The notes under the pieces were generated by a model. The model made no database searches. It had not been told where the DNA came from and was given only the letters and a program-made list of their open reading frames with translations. From Chloroflexi bacterium HGW-Chloroflexi-9 (lineage in GTDB: Bacteria > Chloroflexota > Dehalococcoidia > UBA2979), in the NCBI GenBank assembly GCA_002840675.1, contig PHBR01000001.1:1-57958 (forward strand): a DNA stretch of 57,958 bases, read 5' to 3'. This document shows, piece after piece, positions 27,753-37,941 of this stretch (position 1 is its first letter; each line of letters begins with the position of its first letter). Both the position numbers and the translations under genes were made by a program.

Positions 27753-28127
27753 TCAGCGCGGCTCGAACAGTTCCACCGCGTTCCCGGACGGGTCATCGGC
27801 CAGGATCTGCTTCCCGCCGTTCCCGACGACAATGTCGTTCCGGAACGGCACGCCGGCGCTGCGGAGGTGGTCCACCACCTGCTCGAGGTCACCCACCTCT
27901 ACCTGGATGCGGTTCCATCCTCCGGGTGCCGGGACGCTGCCATCCGGCATCGATTGGCCGGCGCCTCCGCCCCCGCCGGGCCGGTTGAGCAGGAGCCGCA
28001 GGTCGCCGTGCGAGAGCATGGCGAAACCCGGCCCCGGGTGCTGTTCGACCTTGAATCCCAGGTGATCCCGGTAGAAGGAAATCGCTGCATCCACATCGTT
28101 GACGATGTACCGAACACTCGCGGGCAT
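27753..28127 (-). CDS. VOC/glyoxalase family protein
   Basis: VRYIVNDVDAAISFY..LGF...DPSGNAVELF. Confidence 0.9.
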   Translation of the reverse strand: MPASVRYIVNDVDAAISFYRDHLGFKVEQHPGPGFAMLSHGDLRLLLNRPGGGGGAGQSMPDGSVPAPGGWNRIQVEVGDLEQVVDHLRSAGVPFRNDIVVGNGGKQILADDPSGNAVELFEPR

Positions 28128-28252
28128 TGCCAGCCTCCCCCAGCGCCGCCCATGCCGGTCGGCCGCTCCGCGGAACGTACCTGTTTCGGCACGGAACGCC
28201 ACACGGGTGGCGGCCAGCGAGCGCCGGATTCGCACTCCGTGTCAGGTGCGGC

Positions 28253-29986
28253 TCAGTCCTCCGATGAAGCGCGCCGCATCTGCAGGATGACCCCCTTCGG
28301 CGCTACCTCTCCACTCTGGATGACGTCCAGGAAGGCGGCGACGGCCGCCGCGTCCCACTGCGTCCCCGCGCCGTCGCTCAGGATCGTGATCGCCTCGTCG
28401 TGTGAGCGGGGGGAGGCACGATACGGGCGTTCCTCCGTCATGGCGTCGTAGGCGTCTGCGACCGCGATGATGCGTGACCACAGGGGGATCGCGGTCCCTG
28501 ACAGGCCGTCCGGGTAGCCGCCACCGTCCCACCGTTCGTGGTGGTGACGGATTGCCTCCGCGAGTTGCTCCGGGATGTCTCGCATTCTCCCGGCGATCTC
28601 TGCACCGCGGCTTGCGTGCAACTGCATGTGCGTGAGCTCGATCGGCTGCAGGGCGGACGGCTTCAGGTAGATGGCATCCGGGATCACGATCTTGCCCAGG
28701 TCGTGGATCTGGCCGGCGAACGCCAGCAGGTCCAGGTCTTCCCCCGTGATCCCCATGCGCACGCCGATCTGGCGGGCGTACCGGCCCACACGGTCGCCAT
28801 GGTGACGCAGGAACGGGTATCGGGACTCGACTGCCTCGGAGATGCTGGTCAGCAATTCGCGGCCGGCCATCCCACGCCGGTGCTCGTACGCGGCAACATC
28901 CGCACGAAGTGTTTCCAGTTCGGCCCCGGCCCGGGAGGCCCACTCGTGCAGGGCGTCCACCTCGTCCCGCGCGAAGAGGTTTCCGGCGTGCAGCAGCTCC
29001 CCGCCGATGCGCCCGTAGGCGCTGCGGATCCGGCGCAGCAGCAGGACGTCCAGCGACAGCACCGCACCCACAGCAACCATGATGACCGCGGCGATCTGCC
29101 ACTGGTAGCGACGGAGTTCGGCGTTCGCCACCGCGAAGACGTCAGCCGCGGGAAGGCCGACGGCGACGATGTAGCCGGTGCCCCCGACCGGATGGCAATC
29201 CCAGACGACCCCGTCCTCAATCAGGACATCGCAGTCGCCGGTGGTGGCAGCAGCCGTCTTGAGTGGTTCCAGGATGCTGCCGGGCAGCGACGGAGATGCG
29301 TCCGAGGCGACTCCAACCTCATGCGTGGCGCCGGTGGGGCTCACCAGGATGGCACGGGCAGCACGCGGCAACGGTTGCTGGCTCCGCAGCATCTCGCCCG
29401 TGTCCATCGAGAGCGTGGCGACGCCAACGATCGCACCTCCGACCCGCAATGGATGCGCGACGGCGATGGACGACCGTCCGGTCAGGGTGCTGACGACGGG
29501 GCCATCGACCTGGTCCAGGCCGGTACCCATGGCGGCCTGGAAGTAGGTCCGCCCGCGGATCACCTCCGGCTGATCACGCGCCTCGGGAATCGTGCTGCAT
29601 AGCAGGTTCCCGGTGGTGCTGAAGACGCTGAAGCGCCGGTACAGGGAGCGGACCGCTTCCTGCGCGATCGCCGGGCACAGGTCGCTCGCCGCTGTCCCGG
29701 AGGCCAGCAGGATGTCGGTCGCGGATAAGGCGGTCTGTAAGGTCACGAGCTGGGCGTTAGCGCTGGCCGCGATGTCGGCCGCGGCGGCTTCAACCTGGAT
29801 GGCAGCCAGCGACCGACTCCGCTCCTCGGCGCCCAGGTTCATCAGCCACAGGGCCAGGACGACGCCGCCGGCTCCCGCGATCAGCAGGAAGTGCACGCGC
29901 GCCCGAAGCGGCGAGTTAAGCGCCGCCGTGAACCTGCGCAGCAGGCTCGGTTGGGGTGTGACGTCTGCGGGGGATACTAAGTTCAT
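28253..29986 (-). CDS. Membrane sensor (Cache-like) HD-GYP phosphodiesterase
   Basis: TM-extracellular-TM layout; HDLGK, HHERWDGGGYP and RIIAVADAYDAMTEERPYR. Confidence 0.9.
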   Translation of the reverse strand: MNLVSPADVTPQPSLLRRFTAALNSPLRARVHFLLIAGAGGVVLALWLMNLGAEERSRSLAAIQVEAAAADIAASANAQLVTLQTALSATDILLASGTAASDLCPAIAQEAVRSLYRRFSVFSTTGNLLCSTIPEARDQPEVIRGRTYFQAAMGTGLDQVDGPVVSTLTGRSSIAVAHPLRVGGAIVGVATLSMDTGEMLRSQQPLPRAARAILVSPTGATHEVGVASDASPSLPGSILEPLKTAAATTGDCDVLIEDGVVWDCHPVGGTGYIVAVGLPAADVFAVANAELRRYQWQIAAVIMVAVGAVLSLDVLLLRRIRSAYGRIGGELLHAGNLFARDEVDALHEWASRAGAELETLRADVAAYEHRRGMAGRELLTSISEAVESRYPFLRHHGDRVGRYARQIGVRMGITGEDLDLLAFAGQIHDLGKIVIPDAIYLKPSALQPIELTHMQLHASRGAEIAGRMRDIPEQLAEAIRHHHERWDGGGYPDGLSGTAIPLWSRIIAVADAYDAMTEERPYRASPRSHDEAITILSDGAGTQWDAAAVAAFLDVIQSGEVAPKGVILQMRRASSED

Positions 29987-30222
29987 CGCACCACCGCCGT
30001 TTCGATGGTGTTATAGCACATCTTGCACCGCGTCAACTCATAGTCTGGTGCGTTCGCCAAGTTGTTCACGAGAGTGGAATTGATCAGAACACGGCAGCGC
30101 CCGGTGTTGCGCGCGTTCGTGGTCACCGACAATGTTCCGTATGGCCGCATTTGTGGTGACGGAAACCGGACGCCTCGATCCGCGCTGTCACTCACGATCC
30201 CGGCACCGCGCGCGCCCACGAA

Positions 30223-30252
30223 GAAGGGGGTGGGCAATTGCCCACCCCCTTC
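30223..30252. terminator. Perfect 30-bp palindrome; probable terminator of the surface-protein gene
   Basis: GAAGGGGGTGGGC-AATT-GCCCACCCCCTTC just downstream of the stop at 30281. Confidence 0.75.
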
Positions 30253-30280
30253 GTTCATCGAGAGCCGTGCGCCTCGGTCG

Positions 30281-33034
30281 TTACCGGAGTGCGACCACAA
30301 TCGAATGAGTCGTGCCGTCGTCCAGCAGGACCGAGATGGTCAGCGGGCCGACCGACAGGTCACGCGTCCGCAGGTTCCAGTGGTAGTGGCTGTTCCCGCC
30401 AAGGTACGGCGCGATGCCCTGGAAGACGCCGTTCGCGTACACGGCGGCGACCGCCGTCGTCACCTTCGCCCCGGAGGCGTCGGCCAGACAGAACTTCACC
30501 GGGACGGTGGAGCCCTTCTTAAAGGTCTGGACGGGCGCCAGCAGCGGCTGCTGGAAACCACAGAACGCGTAGGTCACGGAGTACGTGGCCGTGGCGCTGC
30601 CCGTGTTCCCGGCCAGGTCCTCTGCGCCGTCGCAGGTGACGGCCACCATGCCCACGCTGCCGCCTGAGACGGACAGGGTGGACTCGGCGGCGACGCCGGA
30701 CAGGGCGTCCGAGGTGGCGCAGCCGGCCTCCGGCACGTCGCCCACGGTGTACGTGGCGCTGTTCGCCACGCCTGTCACCGTCACGACCGGCGCCGTCTTG
30801 TCCACGTTGATGTCAGACACGGATGCCGGGTCGCTGACGTTCCCGGCCAGGTCGGTGCAGGTGCCGCTGGCCGACTGGCCAGCGCCCTCGCCGAGGATGA
30901 CCGCTGCGTCGCACGAATCGACGCCCGAGAGGCTGTCCGTGCCGGTGAACGTCACCGTCACATCCGTATTGTTCCAGCCGTTCGCGTTCGCGTCCGGCGT
31001 GCGCGTGGCCGTCACGACCGGCGCCGTCTTGTCCACGTTGATGTCGGACACGGAGGCCGCGTCGCTGACGTTGCCGGCGTTGTCCGTGCAGGTACCGCTG
31101 GTGGACTGGCCAGCGCCCTCGCCGAGGACGACTGCGGTGTCGCACGAGGCGATGCCCGAGAGATTGTCCGTGCCGGTGAACGTCACCGTCACGTCCGTGT
31201 TGTTCCAGCCGTTCGCGTTCGCGTCCGGCGTGCGCGTGGCCGTCGCCTCCGGAGCCGTCTTGTCCACGTTGATGTCGGACACGGACGCCGGGTCGCTGAC
31301 GTTGCCGGCGTTGTCGGTGCAGGTGCCGCTGGCCGACTGGCCAGCGCCCTCGCCGAGGACGACCGCGGTGTCGCACGAGGCGATGCCCGCGAGGTTGTCC
31401 GTGCCGGTGAAGGTCACCGTCACGTCAGTGTTGTTCCAGCCGTTCGCGTTCGCGTCCGGCGTGCGCGTGGCCGTCGCCTCCGGAGCGGTGGCGTCGCGCT
31501 TCAGCGTCACGCTCTCGCTCGCGGTGCCGCCACCGGAGGTGGCGGTGCAGGTGAACGTCACCGAGGCGGTGTCCGCGGTCACCGTGGTCGTGTCACAGCC
31601 GTCCGTGATCGTGACGTCGGACTCAGCGTCAGTCACCGTCCAAGACACCTGGACGTCGCTCACGAACCAGTCGTTGTTGCCGAGGGTACCGGTCACCTCG
31701 GGGGTGATCGTCGGCGGGGTCGTGTCCACCGGCGTTGGCGGGACGATGACGGGCGGCTCGGTGCCCTGGACCGTCAGGTCCGCGCGGAAGTTGAAGCCGG
31801 CGAGTCCGCCCCAGTCTTCCACCACGACGAGCATCTCGTTCGCGCCGGCCTGTAGGGCAGACTGCAGCGGAGCGGTGCGGACGCCGGGAACACCCGGGGC
31901 AGACGGCGGCAACGGGGTCGCACCCTCGCCGGGGCCGCCCACGAGGCGATCCGTCACCTGCGTGCCGTTGATGTAGTAGGTCCCGCCGTTATCAGAGTTG
32001 ATCCAGAACGTGATGTTCGGATTCACGGAACCCGACGGGATCGTGAACCGGACGCGGAACGTGACCACAGTGCCAGCGGCATTGCCGCATTCGGCGGAGG
32101 CGTTCGTCGGGCCGCAGTTGACCCAGCTGTTGGTGCCGGGAACGAGGCCCCACGGGTGACCACCGACCAGGTAGGCCGGTTCCCAGACCGGGTTCGCGTC
32201 ACCGGTGAAGTGCCACGCCCCGGTCTCCGAGATGCCCCCATCCCACGCCACGACATCGTCCGACCAGTCGGTCGAGGCGTCCACGCTACCCGGCGTGCCG
32301 TTGCCGCCGAGGATCGACAGCGTCTGCGTCGGCAGCGGAGGCGCCGGCGGCACGACGGTGCCGTTCAGGGAGATCTGGGCGAACTGGAGGTTGTTGCCGG
32401 TTGCGCAGTCGTCCATCTGGGTGATGACCACGCGGTTCACCTCGCCCGCGACCATGGCGGTCGAGAGATCGGTCGTGGACTGCGACCCGCCGAGGTAGAT
32501 GTAACTGCCGGCGAAGACGAACCCGGCCGGGTTTGCCGAGTTGTAGATCGCCACTCGGGCGCCGTCATCGGCGCCGCTCATGTTCACGCTGAACTGCGAG
32601 ATCGTCGTCCCCTCGGGGATGCTGACGAGGCTCTGGAAAAACGTGAAGTCCGCCGATGCGAGGCAGGCGTAGATGCCGCCCAGGCGGGAGGGCTGACTCA
32701 TGCCAATGGTGTCGGCGTTCGGGCAGAGTGTGTTGCCCGGCCCACAGTCAGACCAGCTCGCATCGTTCTCCGCCGGGACCGCCCCTGGGATGTAGCTATA
32801 GAACCCGATGTTTCCGTGGGTCGGGAACGCTGCCGTCTGCACCGGCGAGTACGGGCGAGCCACTTCCCACCCGGTGCGTCCCAGCGTCGAGGGCCCCGCC
32901 GCGTCCGCCGCGGACGGAGTTGACGCCAGCAGGAGCACCGCCAGGGCGAGGATCGCCGCAGCGCTGCCGAGCCGCAGCCATGTGCTGCGAGCATTCGAAA
33001 GCAGTCCCAGTCTCAAGTTCAGCCGCCCTTTCAC
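30281..33034 (-). CDS. Secreted surface protein: two lectin-like beta-sandwich domains, Ig-like repeats, C-terminal PxKF domain
   Basis: Signal peptide; DKTAP repeats; C-terminal GFQQPL...GSTVPVKF. Start chosen at GTG 33034 from the GAGGGG RBS; the ORF is open to 33157. Confidence 0.8.
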   Translation of the reverse strand: MKGRLNLRLGLLSNARSTWLRLGSAAAILALAVLLLASTPSAADAAGPSTLGRTGWEVARPYSPVQTAAFPTHGNIGFYSYIPGAVPAENDASWSDCGPGNTLCPNADTIGMSQPSRLGGIYACLASADFTFFQSLVSIPEGTTISQFSVNMSGADDGARVAIYNSANPAGFVFAGSYIYLGGSQSTTDLSTAMVAGEVNRVVITQMDDCATGNNLQFAQISLNGTVVPPAPPLPTQTLSILGGNGTPGSVDASTDWSDDVVAWDGGISETGAWHFTGDANPVWEPAYLVGGHPWGLVPGTNSWVNCGPTNASAECGNAAGTVVTFRVRFTIPSGSVNPNITFWINSDNGGTYYINGTQVTDRLVGGPGEGATPLPPSAPGVPGVRTAPLQSALQAGANEMLVVVEDWGGLAGFNFRADLTVQGTEPPVIVPPTPVDTTPPTITPEVTGTLGNNDWFVSDVQVSWTVTDAESDVTITDGCDTTTVTADTASVTFTCTATSGGGTASESVTLKRDATAPEATATRTPDANANGWNNTDVTVTFTGTDNLAGIASCDTAVVLGEGAGQSASGTCTDNAGNVSDPASVSDINVDKTAPEATATRTPDANANGWNNTDVTVTFTGTDNLSGIASCDTAVVLGEGAGQSTSGTCTDNAGNVSDAASVSDINVDKTAPVVTATRTPDANANGWNNTDVTVTFTGTDSLSGVDSCDAAVILGEGAGQSASGTCTDLAGNVSDPASVSDINVDKTAPVVTVTGVANSATYTVGDVPEAGCATSDALSGVAAESTLSVSGGSVGMVAVTCDGAEDLAGNTGSATATYSVTYAFCGFQQPLLAPVQTFKKGSTVPVKFCLADASGAKVTTAVAAVYANGVFQGIAPYLGGNSHYHWNLRTRDLSVGPLTISVLLDDGTTHSIVVALR
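30795..31487. repeat. Three tandem 231-bp (77-aa) intragenic repeats
   Basis: GTCTTGTCCACGTTGATGTC recurs at 30795, 31026 and 31257. Confidence 0.95.
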
Positions 33035-33128
33035 GAGAAAGCCCCTCGCCTTCCCGTGCGGGAGTATAGGCGGCACTGCCGGAGTGCGCTCCGTCGTGAC
33101 GTACCGCCGGCGCGGATGGCTGTCGCCC

Positions 33129-33968
33129 TCAGCGTGCGGCCACGTCACGCCAGCCACGCACGAGGGCGCGCGGCTGCCACACCCCGGCTTCGATCTCCCG
33201 CCCGCGGAACGCCAGCCAGGCCAGCCCGAAGGCGAGCAGCGCGAGCGCGATGAGCAGCCCCTGCTGCCACCACACCACGCCTTCGGTGAGCAGGCCGTGG
33301 CTGTTCGAGTAGTAGTACGGGCTGAGCCAGCGCATCCACGCGATCGCCTCCACCGTCTGCGCGAACGAGGCGATGAGGTACGAGATCACGACGAGCCCGG
33401 AGACGATGCCGCCCGCCACACCTCGGGCGGGGCTGATCGCGGCGACGAGGATGGCGAGGCCGGTGAAGGCAGCGGTGACCGGGAGCGAGGCGGCGGTGAC
33501 GGCGAGCAGGTCCAGCGTGCCTACCTCCCCCAGGTCGATGAAGGGCGCGGTCGTGAGCCACCCCGCGAGGTTCAGGAGGTAGATTCCGGCGAGGCCCGCG
33601 AAGAGCCCGGCGACGCGCGAGACGAAGATCGTGCTCCGCGAGATCGGCTGGGCCATCAGCGGCTCCAGCGTGCGACGGCCCTCGTCGCCCGCCATCAGAC
33701 CGGTGCCGGCCAGCACGCCGTACATCATCAGGATGATCGGCGCGAACGACAGGTACTCCACCTGGATGAACACGCGCGGGTCGCTCAGGGAGCCCGCGGC
33801 GCCGAAGAACTTGAGGATCTCCTCCGGGTACTGGGCATCCGCCATGAACTGCTCCACGCTTGGGAAGAGCAGCACGATCATCGCCGCGTAGGCACCGAGC
33901 CCCACGCCGAACCAGAAGACGTGCCAGCGCAGTCCCCTCAGCGTGTTCAGGAAGACCGGCCGGCTCAC
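33129..33968 (-). CDS. ABC-2 type exporter permease
   Basis: Six TM segments; AGDEGRRTLEPLMAQPISR and WLSPYYY. Confidence 0.88.
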   Translation of the reverse strand: MSRPVFLNTLRGLRWHVFWFGVGLGAYAAMIVLLFPSVEQFMADAQYPEEILKFFGAAGSLSDPRVFIQVEYLSFAPIILMMYGVLAGTGLMAGDEGRRTLEPLMAQPISRSTIFVSRVAGLFAGLAGIYLLNLAGWLTTAPFIDLGEVGTLDLLAVTAASLPVTAAFTGLAILVAAISPARGVAGGIVSGLVVISYLIASFAQTVEAIAWMRWLSPYYYSNSHGLLTEGVVWWQQGLLIALALLAFGLAWLAFRGREIEAGVWQPRALVRGWRDVAAR

Positions 33969-34864
33969 GCCTGCTCCTCCCCCCGGTAGTAGCCGATGAA
34001 GAGCTCCTCAAGGGAGGGCTGCCGCACGCTGAGGTCGGCGACCTCGAAGCGTGCGATCTCCTTGACCAGCCCGTCGATCCCGTCGCCCGTCTCGAAGGCA
34101 ACCCGGACGCCTTCGCGCCGGGTCAGGCGGACACCCGAGGGCAGCGACGCGAACGCCTCGGCTGGTGGCGGCGCGGCGAACTCAACCTCCACGATCCGCG
34201 GCGCCAGCCGGCGCTGCTCCGCGAGGTCGAATACGTCCACAATCATCCCGTCGCGCACGATGGCGGCGCGAGAACAGACCGACTCCACCTCCGCGAGGAT
34301 GTGCGAGGAGAAGAACACCGTCCGGCCCTCAGCGGCGACCTCGCGGAGGATGACCTCCACCTCCTCCTGGATCAGCGGATCGAGGCCGGTGGTGGGCTCG
34401 TCCAGGATGATCAGCGGCGCGCGGTGCATCAGCGCCAGGACCAGGCCCACCTTCTGGCGGTTGCCGCGAGAGAGCGCCCCCACCTTGCGGGAGGTGTCCA
34501 GTCGCAGCCGCTCGACCAGCCCGCGCAGGTAGGCGGCGTCCGGCGTCTCACCTCGGATGGCGGAGAAGTAATCGAAGACCTCGTGCGCGGTCATGCCGGC
34601 GGGGAACGCGGGGTCGCTGGGCAGGTAGCCCATGCGCCGCCGCGCCTCCACGGAACACCGCTGCGCATCGACCCCGAACACCTCCACGCGACCGGAGGTG
34701 GCGCGGATCACGTCCACGATGATGCGGATCGCGGTGCTCTTGCCGGCGCCGTTGGGGCCGAGGAAGCCGAAGATCTCGCCGGGCCGGACGTGCAGGTCGA
34801 TTCCGCGCAGGGCTCGCACGGGACCGTAGTCCTTCACCAGGGCCTCGATGCGCAGCGCGTCCAT
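33965..34864 (-). CDS. ABC exporter ATP-binding protein
   Basis: GPNGAGKST, LSRGNRQK, ILDEPT and SSH. Confidence 0.95.
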   Translation of the reverse strand: MDALRIEALVKDYGPVRALRGIDLHVRPGEIFGFLGPNGAGKSTAIRIIVDVIRATSGRVEVFGVDAQRCSVEARRRMGYLPSDPAFPAGMTAHEVFDYFSAIRGETPDAAYLRGLVERLRLDTSRKVGALSRGNRQKVGLVLALMHRAPLIILDEPTTGLDPLIQEEVEVILREVAAEGRTVFFSSHILAEVESVCSRAAIVRDGMIVDVFDLAEQRRLAPRIVEVEFAAPPPAEAFASLPSGVRLTRREGVRVAFETGDGIDGLVKEIARFEVADLSVRQPSLEELFIGYYRGEEQA

Positions 34865-34912
34865 CCGGCCTCCGTCCCGCCTGCGCAGTGTCGCGGGCCT
34901 CGCGCGGCGAGT

Positions 34913-35596
34913 CTAGGCGAGCAGGCGTTCCAGGGCGGCACGATCCTTGAGGCGGATCTCGCGACGGCTCACCTCCACGAGGCCGTCCGCGGCCAGCCGT
35001 CCCAGGGCACGCTGGGCAACGTCCGGGACGGTGCCGAGGCGCGCGGCGAGTTCCGGCTGGGTGTACCAGCGCGGACGCTCCACGCGATCCTCGACGGCCT
35101 CGTCCAGGAGCAGCCGTGCGAGGCGCTCGATCACCGAACGGAGCGAGAGGTCGGCGACGATCTCGGTCAGGCGCACCATGTGGTTGGCCATGTTCTCGAT
35201 CACCCGCTCCGCGAAGCCCGGGTGCTTTCGCAGCAGGCGGGTCACCGCAGAACGCGGTAGCAGCCAGGCTTGCACGGGTTCCAGGGCGATCGCGGTGGCG
35301 GGGTTCGGGCGGGCGGTGAAGACGGCGACCGCGTTGGCCGGCTCCCACGGCGCGAGGATCTGCAGGATGTGCTCCCGCCCCTGCGCGGAGCTCTTCACGA
35401 CCTTCATCCGTCCCGACTCGATGAGCAGCAGGCCGGGGGACGGCTCGCCTTCCAGGAAGACCACCTCGCCCGTGGCGAAGGTGCGGTATGCCGCCGCTTC
35501 TGCAAGCTCCTGGATCAGCGCTGTATCCAGTAGCGAGAAGAACGGAATCAGCGCCAGTTGTTCGGCAAGATGGGCTGCAGAGTGGGATGCGGTCAC
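34913..35596 (-). CDS. Crp/Fnr family transcriptional regulator
   Basis: cNMP-binding fold (GEVVFLEGE, GRMKV, GREHIL) and HTH TQPELAARLGTVPDV. GTG start 6 nt from TATCAT. Confidence 0.9.
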   Translation of the reverse strand: MTASHSAAHLAEQLALIPFFSLLDTALIQELAEAAAYRTFATGEVVFLEGEPSPGLLLIESGRMKVVKSSAQGREHILQILAPWEPANAVAVFTARPNPATAIALEPVQAWLLPRSAVTRLLRKHPGFAERVIENMANHMVRLTEIVADLSLRSVIERLARLLLDEAVEDRVERPRWYTQPELAARLGTVPDVAQRALGRLAADGLVEVSRREIRLKDRAALERLLA

Positions 35597-35702
35597 GTGT
35601 GGATGATACCGCGCCCATCCCGCGGGTATCGGGAAACCCGACAAAAGTCGCGGTCATGGATCGCGCCCGCCCTCATCATGAGGAAGGTAACTGGAGGCAG
35701 CG

Positions 35703-37886
35703 ATGCGCGAACGACCGGACATGCTGGACCAATGGGGCCGATACGCGGTGCGGCGGCGCTGGCCCGTGATCGCGACCTGGGTCGTTATCGCCGCCCTGCT
35801 TGCCGTGACCGCTCGGTCGATCTCGCAGGGGACCGTGAGCAGCCTCACGATCCCGGGTGCCGAGTCGCAGGACGCCGTGGAGGTGCTGCAGCGGTCATTT
35901 CCGCAGCGCGCCGGCGACTACATGGATGTGGTGTTCGCCGCACCTGGTGGAATCGACCAGCCTGACACCCAGGCGCGGATCGACGGACTGATCCAGCGGG
36001 CATCCGAGGTGCCGGGCGTCATCGGGGTGGCCTCGCCGTATGAGCTCGGCGGGATCGTCTCGGCGGACCGGACCGTGGCGATTGCGCGGGTCCTGTTCGC
36101 GCTGCCTGCCGATGATGTACCCGCTGAAACCGCCGAGGCGATCAGCACGCTCGCCGCTTCCGCAAACAGTGCCGCGCTCACGGTGGAACTCGGCGGCCCG
36201 GTGGCGCTGGCCCAGGAGCGCGAAGGGCCGAACGAGTCGACGGTGCTCGGCCTGATCGCCGCCGTCGTCGTGCTGCTGGTGCTGTTCCGCGCCCTGGTGC
36301 CCTCCGTGCTCCCGATCGTGAGTTCGATGGCCGGGCTCGCGACGGGGTTCGCGGTGATCTTTGCGATGACCGCCGTCATCGACCTGAGCAAGTTCGCCCC
36401 GAACATCGCGGCCATGCTCGGGCTCGGCGTCGGGATCGACTACGCCCTGTTCATCGTCGCCCGCTACCGGGAGAACGTCCTCGCGGGGCACACGACCGAG
36501 GAGGCCGTCGGCATCGCCATGGCGACCGCGGGTAAGTCGGTGGCGTTCGCGGGGAGTGTCGTCATCACCTCGCTGCTCGGACTGGGTCTGATGGGCATCC
36601 CCTTCGTCGCCTGGCTCGGCGTGTCGGCCTCCGCGATGGTCGCAGTGACGATGCTCACCGCGCTCACGCTGCTCCCGGCACTCCTGGGCGTCGTGGGGGT
36701 CCGGATCGTGACGAGGCGTCAGCGCCCGACACCGGCCTCCGCGCAGGCGACTCACGTACAGCACGAGACGAGCCTGTGGTTCCACCTGGGCCACGCGATC
36801 ATGCGCCGCCCGTATGTGTTCTTTGTCGTGAGCGCCGTCATTCTGCTGGGGCTCAGCGTGCCAGTGCTCGACATGCGGCTGGGGTCCGCGGACGCGGGCA
36901 ACAACCCGACCTCCACCACCACGAGACGCGCGTACGACCTGGTGGCCGGCGCCTTCGGCCCCGGCATGAACGGCCCGCTCCAGGTGGTGATCGAGGGCGC
37001 CACGCCCGAGGAACTGGAGCAGGCGCGTCTGGCGATGCTCGGTACCGCCGGCGTGCAATCGGTTAGCCAACCCCTCGTGAACCCGGCCGGCACCACGGTC
37101 GTGCTCTCGGTCGTCCCGACCACGTCGCCTCAGGCAGCGGCGACCGCCGACCTGGTGCATGTGATGCGCGACGAGGTGCTCCCGGGCGCACTGGGCGACG
37201 GCGGCGCGACGGCCTACGTCGGTGGGGCGACCGCGCGGGCGATCGACATCGCCGACCGCATCGGAAACCGGCTGCCGCTGTTCTTCAGCCTGGTCATCGG
37301 CATCAGCTTCGTGCTGCTGGTGCTGGTCTTCCGGTCGCTGGCGATCCCGCTGAAGGCAGCGCTGATGAACCTGCTCTCGATCGGCGCTGCCTACGGGGTC
37401 GTCGTCGCGGTCTTCCAGTGGGGCTGGGGCATGGAACTCGTCGGCGTCACGCAGGCGGGCCCGATCGAGTCGTTCCTGCCGATGATGCTCTTCGCCGTGC
37501 TCTTTGGGCTCTCCATGGACTACGAGGTGTTCCTGGTGAGCCGCATCCGCGAGGAGTACCTGGCTTCACATGACAACGCCGCGTCCGTCGCGCGTGGCCT
37601 GGCCGCCACCGCCAGCGTGATCACCGCCGCCGCTGCGATCATGATCGTCGTCTTCCTGAGCTTCGTCCTGAACGACCAGCGCGTGGTGAAGGAGTTCGGT
37701 CTCGGCCTCGCCGTCGCCGTGTTCGTCGACGCGACCATCGTCCGGTTGCTCCTGGTCCCGGCGACGCTGGCGTTGATGGGCGACTGGAACTGGTGGCTGC
37801 CCGCATGGCTCGACCGCCTGCTCCCACGGATTTCCATCGAAGACACCACCCGGCACCCGCTGCCGGCGGCACCATCCGAATCATGA
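35703..37886 (+). CDS. MMPL/RND family transporter
   Basis: GLGVGIDYALFIVARYRE, FGLSMDYEVFLVSRIRE and DATIVRLLLVPA. Confidence 0.93.
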   Translation: MRERPDMLDQWGRYAVRRRWPVIATWVVIAALLAVTARSISQGTVSSLTIPGAESQDAVEVLQRSFPQRAGDYMDVVFAAPGGIDQPDTQARIDGLIQRASEVPGVIGVASPYELGGIVSADRTVAIARVLFALPADDVPAETAEAISTLAASANSAALTVELGGPVALAQEREGPNESTVLGLIAAVVVLLVLFRALVPSVLPIVSSMAGLATGFAVIFAMTAVIDLSKFAPNIAAMLGLGVGIDYALFIVARYRENVLAGHTTEEAVGIAMATAGKSVAFAGSVVITSLLGLGLMGIPFVAWLGVSASAMVAVTMLTALTLLPALLGVVGVRIVTRRQRPTPASAQATHVQHETSLWFHLGHAIMRRPYVFFVVSAVILLGLSVPVLDMRLGSADAGNNPTSTTTRRAYDLVAGAFGPGMNGPLQVVIEGATPEELEQARLAMLGTAGVQSVSQPLVNPAGTTVVLSVVPTTSPQAAATADLVHVMRDEVLPGALGDGGATAYVGGATARAIDIADRIGNRLPLFFSLVIGISFVLLVLVFRSLAIPLKAALMNLLSIGAAYGVVVAVFQWGWGMELVGVTQAGPIESFLPMMLFAVLFGLSMDYEVFLVSRIREEYLASHDNAASVARGLAATASVITAAAAIMIVVFLSFVLNDQRVVKEFGLGLAVAVFVDATIVRLLLVPATLALMGDWNWWLPAWLDRLLPRISIEDTTRHPLPAAPSES

Positions 37887-37941
37887 GCATGGACAGGTAT
37901 TACGACCCTGCGAGGGGCGAATCAGGAATTCGAGGAACAGA

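Larger units (their letters stand above)
19560..30200. mobile_element. Decayed integrative element / genomic island at tRNA-Asn (right boundary approximate)
   Basis: Serine recombinase abutting the tRNA, sigma and primase-polymerase genes, several pseudogene fragments, long intergenic gaps and visibly less GC-skewed codon use. No attR found. Confidence 0.7.

Noticed and set aside
30115..30123. GTTCGTGGT match to tRNA-Asn near the presumed island end, as a candidate attR
   Set aside because: Only 9 nt and the flanks do not match. No convincing attR was found anywhere.
30795..31487. Regular repeats considered as a possible CRISPR or DGR template
   Set aside because: They are contiguous in-frame 231-bp coding repeats with no spacers, cas genes or reverse transcriptase.
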